From positions 1 through 58,206 of the forward strand of contig CAZVFE010000001.1 of assembly GCA_964626405.1 (NCBI GenBank): a DNA stretch of 58,206 nt, given 5' to 3'. This DNA is from an uncultured Cytophagales bacterium (GTDB lineage Bacteria; Bacteroidota; Bacteroidia; Cytophagales; Spirosomataceae). A model generated the notes under the pieces. The model was not told the origin of the DNA. It saw only the letters and a program-made list of their open reading frames with translations, and did no database searches. A program made the position numbers and the translations under genes. This document shows, one piece after another, positions 26,402 through 36,213 of the stretch (position 1 is the first letter of the stretch; each line of letters begins with the position of its first letter).

Positions 26402-27510
26402 TGAAAACCATTAAAAATCAATTTAAATTTATTTTTGGAGCAATTTGTTTATCCGCTTTTAGTTTTACCGCTGCAGCACAATCTTCAGGGCAAACGAATG
26501 GCACACTTATTTCAAGTGAATTTAAAGGCCCAAGACCAACCATGTTATTTCTAGCAATTACTCCAGATGCGAGGGCTTCCTCAATGGGAGATTTAGGAGT
26601 TGCCACGGAAGCAGATGCGAATGCAATTTACTGGAATCCAGGTAAATTAATTAATACAACTCAGAGTTCTGGTTTTTCTGTATCATATACCCCTTGGCTT
26701 AGAAACCTTGGAATTACTGATATGGCATTATATAATCTTAGTGGCTACAAAAAATTAGGGCCAAATCAAGCATTTGGATTATCATTACTTTATTTTGATT
26801 TAGGAACATTTGCTAACACTTCGAATACTGGTCAGTTAATCGGCAATTTTTCTTCAGCTGAATATGCCATCACTGGCGCATACTCAAGAAAATTAAGTGA
26901 ATTTCTTTCCTTAGGAATTAATTTACGTTACATTAATTCGAATTTCGCAGGTAATGCAAGTTCAACTGCCACAAAACCAGCTCAAACTGTTTCTTCAGAT
27001 GTTGGCATAAATTATGTTAAACCAAGTTCAAAAAATTGGACCAACTCATATGGAATAATGATTTCCAATATCTCCGGGAAAGTAAGTTATGGTTCCGCTA
27101 CTAAAAACTTTATTCCAACTAATTTGAGATTGGGCTTTACAAGATCTAAAGATTTGGGAAGTGGTAATAAATTTACTTATGGCGCTGATTTAAATAAATT
27201 ATTAGTTCCTACTTCTTCTAATGAATCCTCTGCGATTTCCGGAATTTTTAGTTCTTTATTCGAATCACCTGAATCAATTACTTTATCTCTTGGAACAGAA
27301 TATACTTTTTCTAATTTATTGGCTATTCGTGCAGGTTATTTTAATGAATCCAAAAATACGGGAAATAGAAAATATATTAGCTCAGGTTTAGGAGTAAAAA
27401 TAGATAATAAATACAATATTGATTTTGCTTATCTTATTTCAGCTAATGGATCAACTAATCCACTTGCCAATACTATTAGAATTTCCTTATTAGGTAATTT
27501 TGGAAATTAA
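26401..27510 (+). CDS. porV: Type IX secretion system outer-membrane beta-barrel protein PorV (LptO).
   Basis: Signal peptide. The hallmark N-terminal motif FLAITPDARASSMGDLGVATEADANAIYWNPG is present. The beta-barrel-like alternating pattern continues to the C-terminal F/N end. The start overlaps the porU stop (ATAATG). Confidence 0.88.
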   Translation: MKTIKNQFKFIFGAICLSAFSFTAAAQSSGQTNGTLISSEFKGPRPTMLFLAITPDARASSMGDLGVATEADANAIYWNPGKLINTTQSSGFSVSYTPWLRNLGITDMALYNLSGYKKLGPNQAFGLSLLYFDLGTFANTSNTGQLIGNFSSAEYAITGAYSRKLSEFLSLGINLRYINSNFAGNASSTATKPAQTVSSDVGINYVKPSSKNWTNSYGIMISNISGKVSYGSATKNFIPTNLRLGFTRSKDLGSGNKFTYGADLNKLLVPTSSNESSAISGIFSSLFESPESITLSLGTEYTFSNLLAIRAGYFNESKNTGNRKYISSGLGVKIDNKYNIDFAYLISANGSTNPLANTIRISLLGNFGN

Positions 27511-27528
27511 AAATTTTTAAAAATAATT

Positions 27529-28785
27529 ATGTTAGACAGAAGTAAAGCTCCAGATATTCAACCATTATCTAAAACAATTTTTCCAAAGCCTAATATTAAT
27601 TATTCAAAAAATAATATTCCAATTATCACTACTATTTTAGGTGATCAAGAAGTATTTAAACTAGAATTGATAATCAAAAATAATTTTGAATCCGATACAC
27701 TAATTAGACAATTGGCTGATAAATTATTAAAAAAAGGCACCAAAAATAAAAATGCAGAAAAAATAGCTTCTGAATTTGAATTTTATGGAGCCTTCTGGGG
27801 AATTGAAACCTATTTGGATTTTAGTCAAATCTATATCTATGCTTTATCCAAATTTTTTAGACCTCTCACTGACCTTTGCTTAGAAATCTTATTGGAAAAT
27901 GAATACCCTCAATCAGAACTTGACCAACTTATAAATATTCAAAAAGAAAAATCTAAATTAAACTGGGAAAAAGATGATTATGCATCTGGACAATTATTCA
28001 GGGAATTAATTTTTCAAAATGATCCTTATGGGAAAATAATTCGTCCCGAAGATTATTCCTATGTAGAAAAAACTGAAACAATTACTTATTACAATCGAAA
28101 TTGGAAAAATAAAATTTCCCAAGTTTTTGTTTCAGGAAATATAAATGAAAAAGATTTAGATTATTTATTTACTCAGCTGAAAGACTTTGAAAACCCAAAT
28201 GAAAAATTGGCAAATATTCCTGTCCTTTTCAATCGGAATGAAAAAAATTATGTTGAGAAAAAAGATGCTCTTCAGACTTCTATACGCTTAGGATTCGAAT
28301 TTATAGGTAGAAATCACCCCGATTACGCAAAGGCTTATTTGGCAAATTTTATTTTAGGGGGCTATTTTGGATCAAGACTTCAAAAAAATATTCGAGAGGA
28401 AAAAGGATTTACCTATGGAATTCATTCCCAAATTGTCAATATGGCGAGAGGAACCTATTTTATCATAGGAACTTCTGTCAATAAAAAAAATCAGGAAGAA
28501 ACTTTAATTGAAATCAATAAGGAAATCGAAATTCTAAAAAATGAATTGGTAACCTATGATGAATTCGAAACCGTAAAAAATTATTTACTAGGAAATTTCC
28601 AAGGAGAAATCAATTCTCCATTCGACATCGTAGAAAAAATCAAGGTTATCCATCAGAATAACCTTGATTCAAATTACTATGAAAATTTTCAAGAATCTTT
28701 AATCAATTGTTCTCAGGAGGATATACAATTTGCAATAAATGAATATTTTAATCCTGAAAAGGCTATAATTCAATTAGTTGGTTAA
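27529..28785 (+). CDS. M16 (pitrilysin/insulinase) family protein lacking the HxxEH zinc motif (non-catalytic subunit-like).
   Basis: M16 C-terminal-type block GGYFGSRLQKNIREEKGFTYGIHS. No HxxEH anywhere in the 418 aa. Confidence 0.6.
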   Translation: MLDRSKAPDIQPLSKTIFPKPNINYSKNNIPIITTILGDQEVFKLELIIKNNFESDTLIRQLADKLLKKGTKNKNAEKIASEFEFYGAFWGIETYLDFSQIYIYALSKFFRPLTDLCLEILLENEYPQSELDQLINIQKEKSKLNWEKDDYASGQLFRELIFQNDPYGKIIRPEDYSYVEKTETITYYNRNWKNKISQVFVSGNINEKDLDYLFTQLKDFENPNEKLANIPVLFNRNEKNYVEKKDALQTSIRLGFEFIGRNHPDYAKAYLANFILGGYFGSRLQKNIREEKGFTYGIHSQIVNMARGTYFIIGTSVNKKNQEETLIEINKEIEILKNELVTYDEFETVKNYLLGNFQGEINSPFDIVEKIKVIHQNNLDSNYYENFQESLINCSQEDIQFAINEYFNPEKAIIQLVG

Positions 28786-29690
28786 AATTGAGAAAGCTTC
28801 TTAAATTCTTCTACCCTTAATTTTAACTCTTCCTGACTTACCTCCAATAGCCTCTCCGTTCCAAATTTCTCAACGCAAAAAGAAGCTAAAGCTGAACCAT
28901 GAACTACGGCTTTTTTCATATTTTCAAAGGATACCTCTCCTGCATTGGCTAAATATCCTATAAACCCACCAGCAAATGTATCTCCAGCACCTGTTGGGTC
29001 AAAGACCTCTTCTAATGGTAGGGCTGGACAATAGAACATTTCATCCTTATGGAATAAAATTGCTCCATGTTCGCCTTTTTTAATAATTAAATACTTAGGC
29101 CCCATCGTTAAAATCTTCTTTGCAGCCTTTCTCAAGGAATGTTCCCCTGTTAATTGCTCAGCCTCCTCATCATTGATGGAAATTAAATCTACCTCCTTCA
29201 TTACGATCTTCAGCTCATCCATCGCAATATTCATCCAGAAATTCATTGTATCCATAACAATAAATTTCGGACGGTTTTTTAAATTTTTAATTGCTTGTAA
29301 TTGTACCTGAGGAGATAAATTTCCTAACATCAAAAATTCACAATCTTGATAGGATTCTGGTATATTGGGTTGAAAATTTTCTAGGACATTTAACTCTGTT
29401 ACTAAAGTATCTCTAGAATTTAAATTTTTATGATATTTTCCAGCCCAATAAAATGATTTTTCCCCTTCTACTTTTTGTAAACCATCGAAATTTATTCCTT
29501 TTGAACTTAATTTTTCCAAATAATTTTCAGGAAAATCATCTCCAATGACTGCCACAACATTTACAGGCTTCTTAAAAAAAGTTGCTGCTAATGAAATATA
29601 CGGACAAGACCCCCCGATAATTCTTTCTACCTTACCATATGGAGATTCAATAGAATCAAAAGCAACAGTACCAATTGATATTAAACTCAT
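28782..29690 (-). CDS. PfkB/ribokinase-family carbohydrate kinase.
   Basis: C-terminal ATP/anion-hole motif DPTGAGDTFAGGFIGYL. N-terminal GG dipeptide region IIGGSCPY. 302 aa. Confidence 0.8.
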   Translation of the reverse strand: MSLISIGTVAFDSIESPYGKVERIIGGSCPYISLAATFFKKPVNVVAVIGDDFPENYLEKLSSKGINFDGLQKVEGEKSFYWAGKYHKNLNSRDTLVTELNVLENFQPNIPESYQDCEFLMLGNLSPQVQLQAIKNLKNRPKFIVMDTMNFWMNIAMDELKIVMKEVDLISINDEEAEQLTGEHSLRKAAKKILTMGPKYLIIKKGEHGAILFHKDEMFYCPALPLEEVFDPTGAGDTFAGGFIGYLANAGEVSFENMKKAVVHGSALASFCVEKFGTERLLEVSQEELKLRVEEFKKLSQF

Positions 29691-29695
29691 TTTAT

Positions 29696-30871
29696 TTATA
29701 TTTTAGGACAACGTTCAAATTTTATTCTTTTATCAAAATAGATTCTATAGGTAATAAAGGTTTTAATAATATTAGAGCCTAAACTATTTACAAATCGTAA
29801 CATTTTAGGATTAAAATCTCCTATCCAATTCATTTCCATCGTTCTATATGGATAAAAAGGATTGTTTTCAGCTTCTTTTTTAAATCTTAATGCAATCGCC
29901 GCCTCAATTCCTTTCTTTTGATGTTCAGGAACCACTCCAAAAATCACTCCACAAGCCCGATTCATCACTCCTTTTGCCTTTAAAAGCAAAAACTTAATTA
30001 TTCCCAACCAATTTAATTTACCATTTACATGTTTTATGATTTGATTTAAATCTGGAATAACAATAAAAAAGGCAACGGGATCTCCCTCAGTTGTATAGGC
30101 AAACCATAATAATTGCTCATCCAAAATAGGCTTCATTGTTTTTACTAAAGATTGAGCCTGCTCAGATGACATTTCATTTACCCCTGGAAAACTCGCCCAA
30201 GCCTTATTAAAAATCGTCCTGAAATCCTCAGCATATTTAGGTAAATTCGATTTTTCTATAGATTGAAAATAATAATCTGGATTAGTAAAAATTGCTTCAG
30301 CTCTCCTATGAATAAAACTATCCAATTCTAATTCTTGAATGGTTGATTCAAATACGTATTGTTGAAAATAATCCTGAAAACCGTAATCTTCAAAAAAATT
30401 AATATAATAATGCTTAGTATAAGGCATTTTATAGGTCGGCTCCAATCCCCAACCTTGAACCATTAAACCCCAAAAACTATCTCTCTCACCAAAATTAATC
30501 GGACCATCCATCCCCTTCATCCCTTTATCTTTTAACCATTCTTTGGCTGCATCCATCAAAGCAAAAGCAACTTCCTTTTGCTCAATAGATTCAAAAAAAC
30601 CCATCCCACCAACCGGATGCTCCCCTGGCTTTAATTTCTTGTTCTCATAAAATGCAGCTATCCTTCCTACAACCTCGCCCTCAGAATTTTCCATTATCCA
30701 CCGAATTGCCTCACCATCCTTGAAATGCTTATTTTTTTTTGGGTTAAATACCGATTCAATATCATTGTCTAAAGGTCGAATCCATGCAGCATCATCTGCA
30801 TATAAACCTACAGGAAATTCTAAAAACTTCTTGATTAAAGACTTATTTGTACCTACTTCCCTTAGAAACAT
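29696..30871 (-). CDS. Conserved hypothetical protein, possibly with a GNAT-like (acyl-CoA N-acyltransferase) fold.
   Basis: 391 aa. GRIAAFYE...GGMGFFE and VVPEHQKKGIEAAI resemble the GNAT beta4-alpha3 (Q/R-x-x-G-x-G/A) region. Only weakly recognised. Confidence 0.35.
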   Translation of the reverse strand: MFLREVGTNKSLIKKFLEFPVGLYADDAAWIRPLDNDIESVFNPKKNKHFKDGEAIRWIMENSEGEVVGRIAAFYENKKLKPGEHPVGGMGFFESIEQKEVAFALMDAAKEWLKDKGMKGMDGPINFGERDSFWGLMVQGWGLEPTYKMPYTKHYYINFFEDYGFQDYFQQYVFESTIQELELDSFIHRRAEAIFTNPDYYFQSIEKSNLPKYAEDFRTIFNKAWASFPGVNEMSSEQAQSLVKTMKPILDEQLLWFAYTTEGDPVAFFIVIPDLNQIIKHVNGKLNWLGIIKFLLLKAKGVMNRACGVIFGVVPEHQKKGIEAAIALRFKKEAENNPFYPYRTMEMNWIGDFNPKMLRFVNSLGSNIIKTFITYRIYFDKRIKFERCPKI

Positions 30872-31014
30872 GTAATCGATTTTGAATCACAAAGATACTA
30901 CTAAATTTTTAAAGAAGTTTTGGGAATCCTTAGATAATACCCAAATCATTTTCTGTTTTAAAAAGAATAAATTAATTTTAAGCCTATTTTTAATTCATCA
31001 ATTATAAATTTCCT

Positions 31015-32505
31015 ATGGGTTCTTTAAAATTATATAATTCCTTATCTAGAGATAAAGAAATCTTTCAACCCATAAATGCTCCTTTTGTAGGTTTATACGT
31101 TTGTGGGCCTACAGTTTATAATTATGTACATTTAGGAAATGTAAGAACCTTTACATCTTTCGATATTTTGTTTAGATACCTCAAACACCTTGGGTATCAA
31201 GTAAGATATGTTAGGAATATCACAGATGTTGGTCATTTAACCGACGATAACGATGATGGAGAAGATAAAATTGGCAAAATGGCAAAATTAGAAAAAATTG
31301 AGCCCATGGAAATTGTCAATCGGTATACCCAAGATTTTCATCAAGTACTTTCTACCTTCAATATCCTCCCGCCAAGTATTGAACCAACTGCTACAGGTCA
31401 TATTATCGAACAAATTGAGGCTGCAAAAACCTTAATTGAGAAAGGCTTAGCCTATGAGTCCAACGGTTCTGTTTATTTCAATATTCAAAAATTCAATGAA
31501 AATGGAGGAGACTATGGGAAATTATCCGGCAGAATTTTAGATGAATTACTTACAGAAACAAGAGAATTAGATGGAATTGGAGAAAAAAAGAGCCCACTTG
31601 ATTTCGCACTTTGGAAAAAAGCCTCTCCAGAACATATTATGAGATGGAATTCCCCTTGGGGACCTGGTTTCCCAGGCTGGCATCTTGAATGTACCTGCAT
31701 GTCTAATAAATACCTTGGTAATAAATTTGATATCCATGGCGGTGGAATGGATCTTAAATTCCCCCACCATGAATGTGAAATTGCTCAAGCAAAAGGAGCT
31801 TTTGGTGAAAGTCCTGCAAATATATGGATGCATACCAATATGCTAACAGTAAACGGACAAAAAATGAGTAAATCACTTGGAAATTCATTCTTGCCAGGTG
31901 AACTCTTTACAGGTAATCATCCCTTATTAGACCAAGCTTATAGTCCAATGTCTGTAAGATTCTTTATGCTTCAATCACATTATAGAAGTACTTTAGATTT
32001 TTCTAATGACGCCTTAAAAGCATCACAAAAAGGGTATAAAAGACTTTCCAATGGAATTAAAATTTTAAAAAATATCCAAATCCCAGAAAATTTAGAAACT
32101 TCTTTAGAAGAAAAACATATTCAAGAAATTGAAAAAGCTATAGATGGAGCTTATGAAGGAATGAACGATGACCTTAATACCGCTGTAGCTATTTCCCATC
32201 TATTTACTTTAGTAAAAAAAATAAACCAATTACATACCAAACAATTGAAGATTGAAAATATCGGGATTGATATCTTTGAAAAACTAAAATCAACCTATTT
32301 TAGTTTCTATCATGATATACTCGGGCTTAAAGAAGAAATTCCAGGAAATTGGGAACCTCTTTCAGAGCAATTATTAAATCTCTACAAAGAATATAAAGAA
32401 AACAAAGACTATTCCAAAGTAGACGAAATCCGAGCAAGCTTCAAGAAAATGGGAATTCTAATTAAGGATATGAAGGATTCAATAGATTGGGGATTTGAAG
32501 AATAA
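31015..32505 (+). CDS. cysS: Cysteine--tRNA ligase.
   Basis: YVCGPTVYNYVHLGNVRT (HIGH-type), FPGWHLEC, HHECE and the KMSKSLGN motif. Confidence 0.95.
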   Translation: MGSLKLYNSLSRDKEIFQPINAPFVGLYVCGPTVYNYVHLGNVRTFTSFDILFRYLKHLGYQVRYVRNITDVGHLTDDNDDGEDKIGKMAKLEKIEPMEIVNRYTQDFHQVLSTFNILPPSIEPTATGHIIEQIEAAKTLIEKGLAYESNGSVYFNIQKFNENGGDYGKLSGRILDELLTETRELDGIGEKKSPLDFALWKKASPEHIMRWNSPWGPGFPGWHLECTCMSNKYLGNKFDIHGGGMDLKFPHHECEIAQAKGAFGESPANIWMHTNMLTVNGQKMSKSLGNSFLPGELFTGNHPLLDQAYSPMSVRFFMLQSHYRSTLDFSNDALKASQKGYKRLSNGIKILKNIQIPENLETSLEEKHIQEIEKAIDGAYEGMNDDLNTAVAISHLFTLVKKINQLHTKQLKIENIGIDIFEKLKSTYFSFYHDILGLKEEIPGNWEPLSEQLLNLYKEYKENKDYSKVDEIRASFKKMGILIKDMKDSIDWGFEE

Positions 32506-33253
32506 AACTATGCTAAGAAATTTAACTCCTACGGTAAAACAATTAATAATAATCAATGTGTTAGTATTCTTACTAACAAGCTTTTCCCCTTATTTGGAAA
32601 ACTTCCTAACACTACATTATTATGAATCTCCAAATTTTAACCCAATACAATTAATCTCCTACCTATTTATTCATGCCAATTTCATGCATTTGTTTTCAAA
32701 TATGTTTGGATTATTCATGTTTGGAAATTTATTAGAAAGAATTTGGGGCCCAAAAAGATTCCTAATTTATTATTTCGTTTGTGGAATAGGAGCGGGTATA
32801 CTTTATATGGCTATTCAACATTTTGTAGACTTTGAACCAATTAGAAGAGCTACAAGATTAGTACTAGAAGACCCTACCGCAGGAAACATCCGGGATTATT
32901 GGAGCGAATACGGAATGTTTAGAGTAAACTTATCTGAGGTAAATGCAGAATTAATCAAACAAAATTATACGGAATACATTGGGAGTTTTGTTTTAGGTGG
33001 CGCCTCAGGGTCCATCTTCGGAATATTAATGGCCTTTGGGTATTTATTCCCAAATTCTGAAATCTTCCTTTTCTTAATTCCAATCCCAATAAAAGCAAAA
33101 TGGTTTGTAACTTTTTATGGCCTTTATGAGTTATGGTCAGGTATGGAGCAAGCTCCAGGAGATAATGTAGCTCATTTTGCGCATATTGGAGGAATGATTT
33201 TTGGAATTTTATTGTTGAAAATCTGGAATACAAGACGAAATAATTTCTATTAA
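32495..33253 (+). CDS. Rhomboid family intramembrane serine protease (copy 1).
   Basis: HANFMHLFSNM, the catalytic GASGSIFG and AHIGGM. Confidence 0.85.
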   Translation: MKNKTMLRNLTPTVKQLIIINVLVFLLTSFSPYLENFLTLHYYESPNFNPIQLISYLFIHANFMHLFSNMFGLFMFGNLLERIWGPKRFLIYYFVCGIGAGILYMAIQHFVDFEPIRRATRLVLEDPTAGNIRDYWSEYGMFRVNLSEVNAELIKQNYTEYIGSFVLGGASGSIFGILMAFGYLFPNSEIFLFLIPIPIKAKWFVTFYGLYELWSGMEQAPGDNVAHFAHIGGMIFGILLLKIWNTRRNNFY

Positions 33254-33254
33254 T

Positions 33255-34112
33255 ATGAATAAATATTTGCAAGAACTTAGAATAATTCTTTATGGATACA
33301 ATCAAGGTATCAATAAAATTATTCTGGCTAATGTTTGCATCTTCTTGCTCCTTTCCATTTTTAAAGTTATCACTACTCTATCCTCAAGCACAGGAATCTT
33401 TAACGAAATTTTTACCTGGCTTGCCCTTCCTTCCAATCCAAAGGAATTTATATTTAAACCATGGACAATCGTCACCTATTTTTTCGTCCATATTGACCTT
33501 TTTCATATTCTTTTTAATATGCTTTTCCTTTATTGGTTTGGAACATTATTGAAAGATTTTATCGGAGAAAAATCAATTATTCAAACTTATTTTCTAGGGG
33601 CTCTCTCGGCAGGCATAATCTATTTAATCATCATGAATAATGTCGGATTTTTCGTTCAAAGGGGACAAGGCTTATTAAATGGCGCCTCAGGAGGAATTTA
33701 CGCAATTGTGGTAGGACTTGCCACCATCAAGCCTTATTATAAAATTAGGTTATTATTTTTTGGCATGGTGCCCATTATTTTCATTGCAGCATTTTATGTT
33801 ATTTGGTCATTCATTGAAACAACCGGAAACAATGCAGGCGGAAATATCGCTCATCTAGGAGGTGCACTTTATGGTTTATTTTTCGGATTGAAATTTAAAA
33901 ATAAAATTTTTCTTCCCAAAAGAGAAAAAGTATTTTCGGTTTTTCAAAATGAGGATAAATATTCAAAAATAAATAGAAAAAAAAATCTAGAAGATCCTAT
34001 TGATGATTCTGAAATAGATGATATTCTAGATAAAATATCAAAATCTGGCTATGATAGTCTAACAAAATTTGAGAAAAAAAGACTCTTTAAAGCAAGTCAA
34101 AAAAACGAATAA
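33255..34112 (+). CDS. Rhomboid family intramembrane serine protease (copy 2) with a charged cytoplasmic C-terminal tail.
   Basis: HIDLFHILFNM, the catalytic GASGGIYA and AHLGGAL. The tail is IDDILDKISKSGYDSLTKFEKKRL. Confidence 0.85.
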   Translation: MNKYLQELRIILYGYNQGINKIILANVCIFLLLSIFKVITTLSSSTGIFNEIFTWLALPSNPKEFIFKPWTIVTYFFVHIDLFHILFNMLFLYWFGTLLKDFIGEKSIIQTYFLGALSAGIIYLIIMNNVGFFVQRGQGLLNGASGGIYAIVVGLATIKPYYKIRLLFFGMVPIIFIAAFYVIWSFIETTGNNAGGNIAHLGGALYGLFFGLKFKNKIFLPKREKVFSVFQNEDKYSKINRKKNLEDPIDDSEIDDILDKISKSGYDSLTKFEKKRLFKASQKNE

Positions 34113-34140
34113 GTTCAAACATTTTTCGATTTAAAATGTT

Positions 34141-34148
34141 TATCTTTG
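34141..34148 (+). promoter_or_regulatory. Sigma-A -7 box candidate (TATCTTTG) upstream of dxs.
   Basis: Exact TAnnTTTG match, 34 nt upstream of the dxs ATG. Confidence 0.45.
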
Positions 34149-34182
34149 GTAGTATTCAGTTATAAATTAGAGTTGATTTCAT

Positions 34183-36129
34183 ATGCAATTTACCCCTGGT
34201 CCACTTCTAGGAAAAATAAATCACCCAGATGATTTAAAAAAATTAGATAGAAATCAACTAACCCTACTTTGTCAAGAACTTAGACAATTTATCATTGATA
34301 ATGTTTCTGCAAATGGTGGTCATTTCGGCGCCTCTTTAGGTGTCACCGAATTAACAGTTGCCCTTCATTATGTTTTCAATACCCCTTCAGATCAACTTGT
34401 TTGGGACGTCGGTCATCAGGCTTATGGACATAAAATCCTAACAGGTAGAATGCATAATTTTCATACTAATAGATTATTAGGTGGAATAAGTGGATTCCCA
34501 AAAAGATCTGAAAGCGAATTTGATACCTTCGGCGTAGGTCATTCATCCACGTCAATATCTGCAGCCCTAGGTATGGCAGTGGCATCTAATCTTAAAGGTG
34601 ATACTGAAAAACAACATATTGCCGTAATTGGAGATGGATCAATGACGGCAGGAATGGCCTTCGAAGCCATGAACCATGCTGGTGATATCCCCAATAATAT
34701 GATTATCATTTTAAATGATAATTGCATGGCCATTGACCCCAATGTTGGGGCCCTAAAGGAATATTTAACGGATATAAGAACATCCAAAACCTATAATAAG
34801 GTAAAAGAAGATGTTTGGAACCTGCTTGGAAAAATGTCCAAGTTTGGAAAATCTGCTCAAGACATCGTTTCCAAAATGGAAAATTCTCTTAAAGCAGGAC
34901 TATTCGGAAAAAGTAATCTCTTTGAATCCTTTAATTTAAGATATTTTGGGCCAATAGACGGACATGATGTTGAACATTTAGTGACTGTATTGAATGATCT
35001 TAAAACGATTCCAGGACCTAAAATCCTTCATTGTATAACTACTAAAGGGAAAGGATATTCTTTGGCAGAAAAAGACCAAACCCTTTGGCATGCACCGGGA
35101 AAATTTGATAAAATTACTGGAGAAATCCATAAAAAAGTATACGATAACCCTCAACCACCAAAATACCAGGAAGTATTTGGAAATACAATCCTTGAATTAG
35201 CTGAAAAAAATGAAAAAATAATTGGTATCACCCCAGCAATGCCCTCTGGCTCCTCACTGAATATTATGATGAGAGAAATGCCCAATAGAGCATTCGACGT
35301 CGGTATCGCTGAACAACATGCCGTAACTTTCTCTGCTGGTTTAGCAACTCAGGGGATGACGGTTTTTTGTAATATCTATTCCTCCTTCATGCAAAGAGGA
35401 TATGACCAAGTCGTTCATGATGTTTGTATCCAAAAACTACCAGTCATTTTCTGCCTGGATAGAGCTGGTTTAGCAGGAGCTGACGGTCCAACCCACCACG
35501 GAAATTATGATTTGTCTTATATGAGATGCATCCCAAACATGATGATATTCGCTCCAAGAAATGAAGAAGAGCTTAGAAATATCATGTTTACTGTTTCTCA
35601 AGATAAATTCAAGGAATATCAATCAGCTATCACCATACGGTACCCAAGAGGTCAAGGCGTTATGCCAGCTTGGAGAAATCAATTTCAAGAAATTGAAATC
35701 GGTAAGGGCTTAGAATTAATGAAAGGAGAAAAAGTTGCCGTATTAACTGTCGGACATATTGGAAATGAAGCAATTTTAGCCTGTGAAAAAGCAAAATCCG
35801 AAGGATTAAATCCTGGGCTTTATGATATGCGTTTTGTAAAACCAATTGATGAACAACTTTTAGAAAAAATATTTAAAAATTATTCAACCATCATTACCGT
35901 GGAAGACGGAACGATCAAAGGAGGTTTCGGCTCTGCCATTGCTGAATATATGGTCGACAATCAAATTACTGATAAAAAAATCATCCGTTTAGGTATTCCA
36001 GACGACATTATCGAACATGGCGAACAACCTGAACTATATAAGCTATGTGGAATAGATGCCGACTCTATTCTAAATAAAATTCAATTGGCTTTTGGAAAAA
36101 AATTATTAAAAAAAGTACATTTACAATAA
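34183..36129 (+). CDS. dxs: 1-deoxy-D-xylulose-5-phosphate synthase.
   Basis: GGHFGASLGVTELTVALH, DVGHQAYGHKILTGR, the ThDP motif IGDGSMTAGMAFEAMNHAG...LNDN, and GIAEQHAVTFSAGLA. Confidence 0.95.
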   Translation: MQFTPGPLLGKINHPDDLKKLDRNQLTLLCQELRQFIIDNVSANGGHFGASLGVTELTVALHYVFNTPSDQLVWDVGHQAYGHKILTGRMHNFHTNRLLGGISGFPKRSESEFDTFGVGHSSTSISAALGMAVASNLKGDTEKQHIAVIGDGSMTAGMAFEAMNHAGDIPNNMIIILNDNCMAIDPNVGALKEYLTDIRTSKTYNKVKEDVWNLLGKMSKFGKSAQDIVSKMENSLKAGLFGKSNLFESFNLRYFGPIDGHDVEHLVTVLNDLKTIPGPKILHCITTKGKGYSLAEKDQTLWHAPGKFDKITGEIHKKVYDNPQPPKYQEVFGNTILELAEKNEKIIGITPAMPSGSSLNIMMREMPNRAFDVGIAEQHAVTFSAGLATQGMTVFCNIYSSFMQRGYDQVVHDVCIQKLPVIFCLDRAGLAGADGPTHHGNYDLSYMRCIPNMMIFAPRNEEELRNIMFTVSQDKFKEYQSAITIRYPRGQGVMPAWRNQFQEIEIGKGLELMKGEKVAVLTVGHIGNEAILACEKAKSEGLNPGLYDMRFVKPIDEQLLEKIFKNYSTIITVEDGTIKGGFGSAIAEYMVDNQITDKKIIRLGIPDDIIEHGEQPELYKLCGIDADSILNKIQLAFGKKLLKKVHLQ

Positions 36130-36157
36130 AATTATTTAAATAATCAGATATTTTAAT

Positions 36158-36165
36158 TACCTTTG
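36158..36165 (+). promoter_or_regulatory. Sigma-A -7 box candidate (TACCTTTG) upstream of typA.
   Basis: Exact TAnnTTTG match, 48 nt upstream of the typA ATG. It is the same octamer as the one upstream of rpmH. Confidence 0.5.
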
Positions 36166-36213
36166 CACGATTTTTTTACACTCCTAATTATTAGGAAAAT
36201 ACAAATTTATTAA

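Noticed and set aside
30732-30740. Homopolymer tracts inside coding regions (T9 here, T9 at 2800-2808, A9 in the ComEC gene near 38307-38315), considered as possible phase-variation switches.
   Set aside because: They encode Lys-Lys-Lys/Asn runs, which are typical of AT-rich genomes. They are not located near 5' ends of surface-protein genes, and nothing suggests on/off switching.
34117-34141. A hairpin AAACATTTT-(7 nt)-AAAATGTTT after the second rhomboid gene, considered as a possible terminator.
   Set aside because: The stem has a single G:C pair and overlaps the dxs -7 box. It is too weak to call a terminator.
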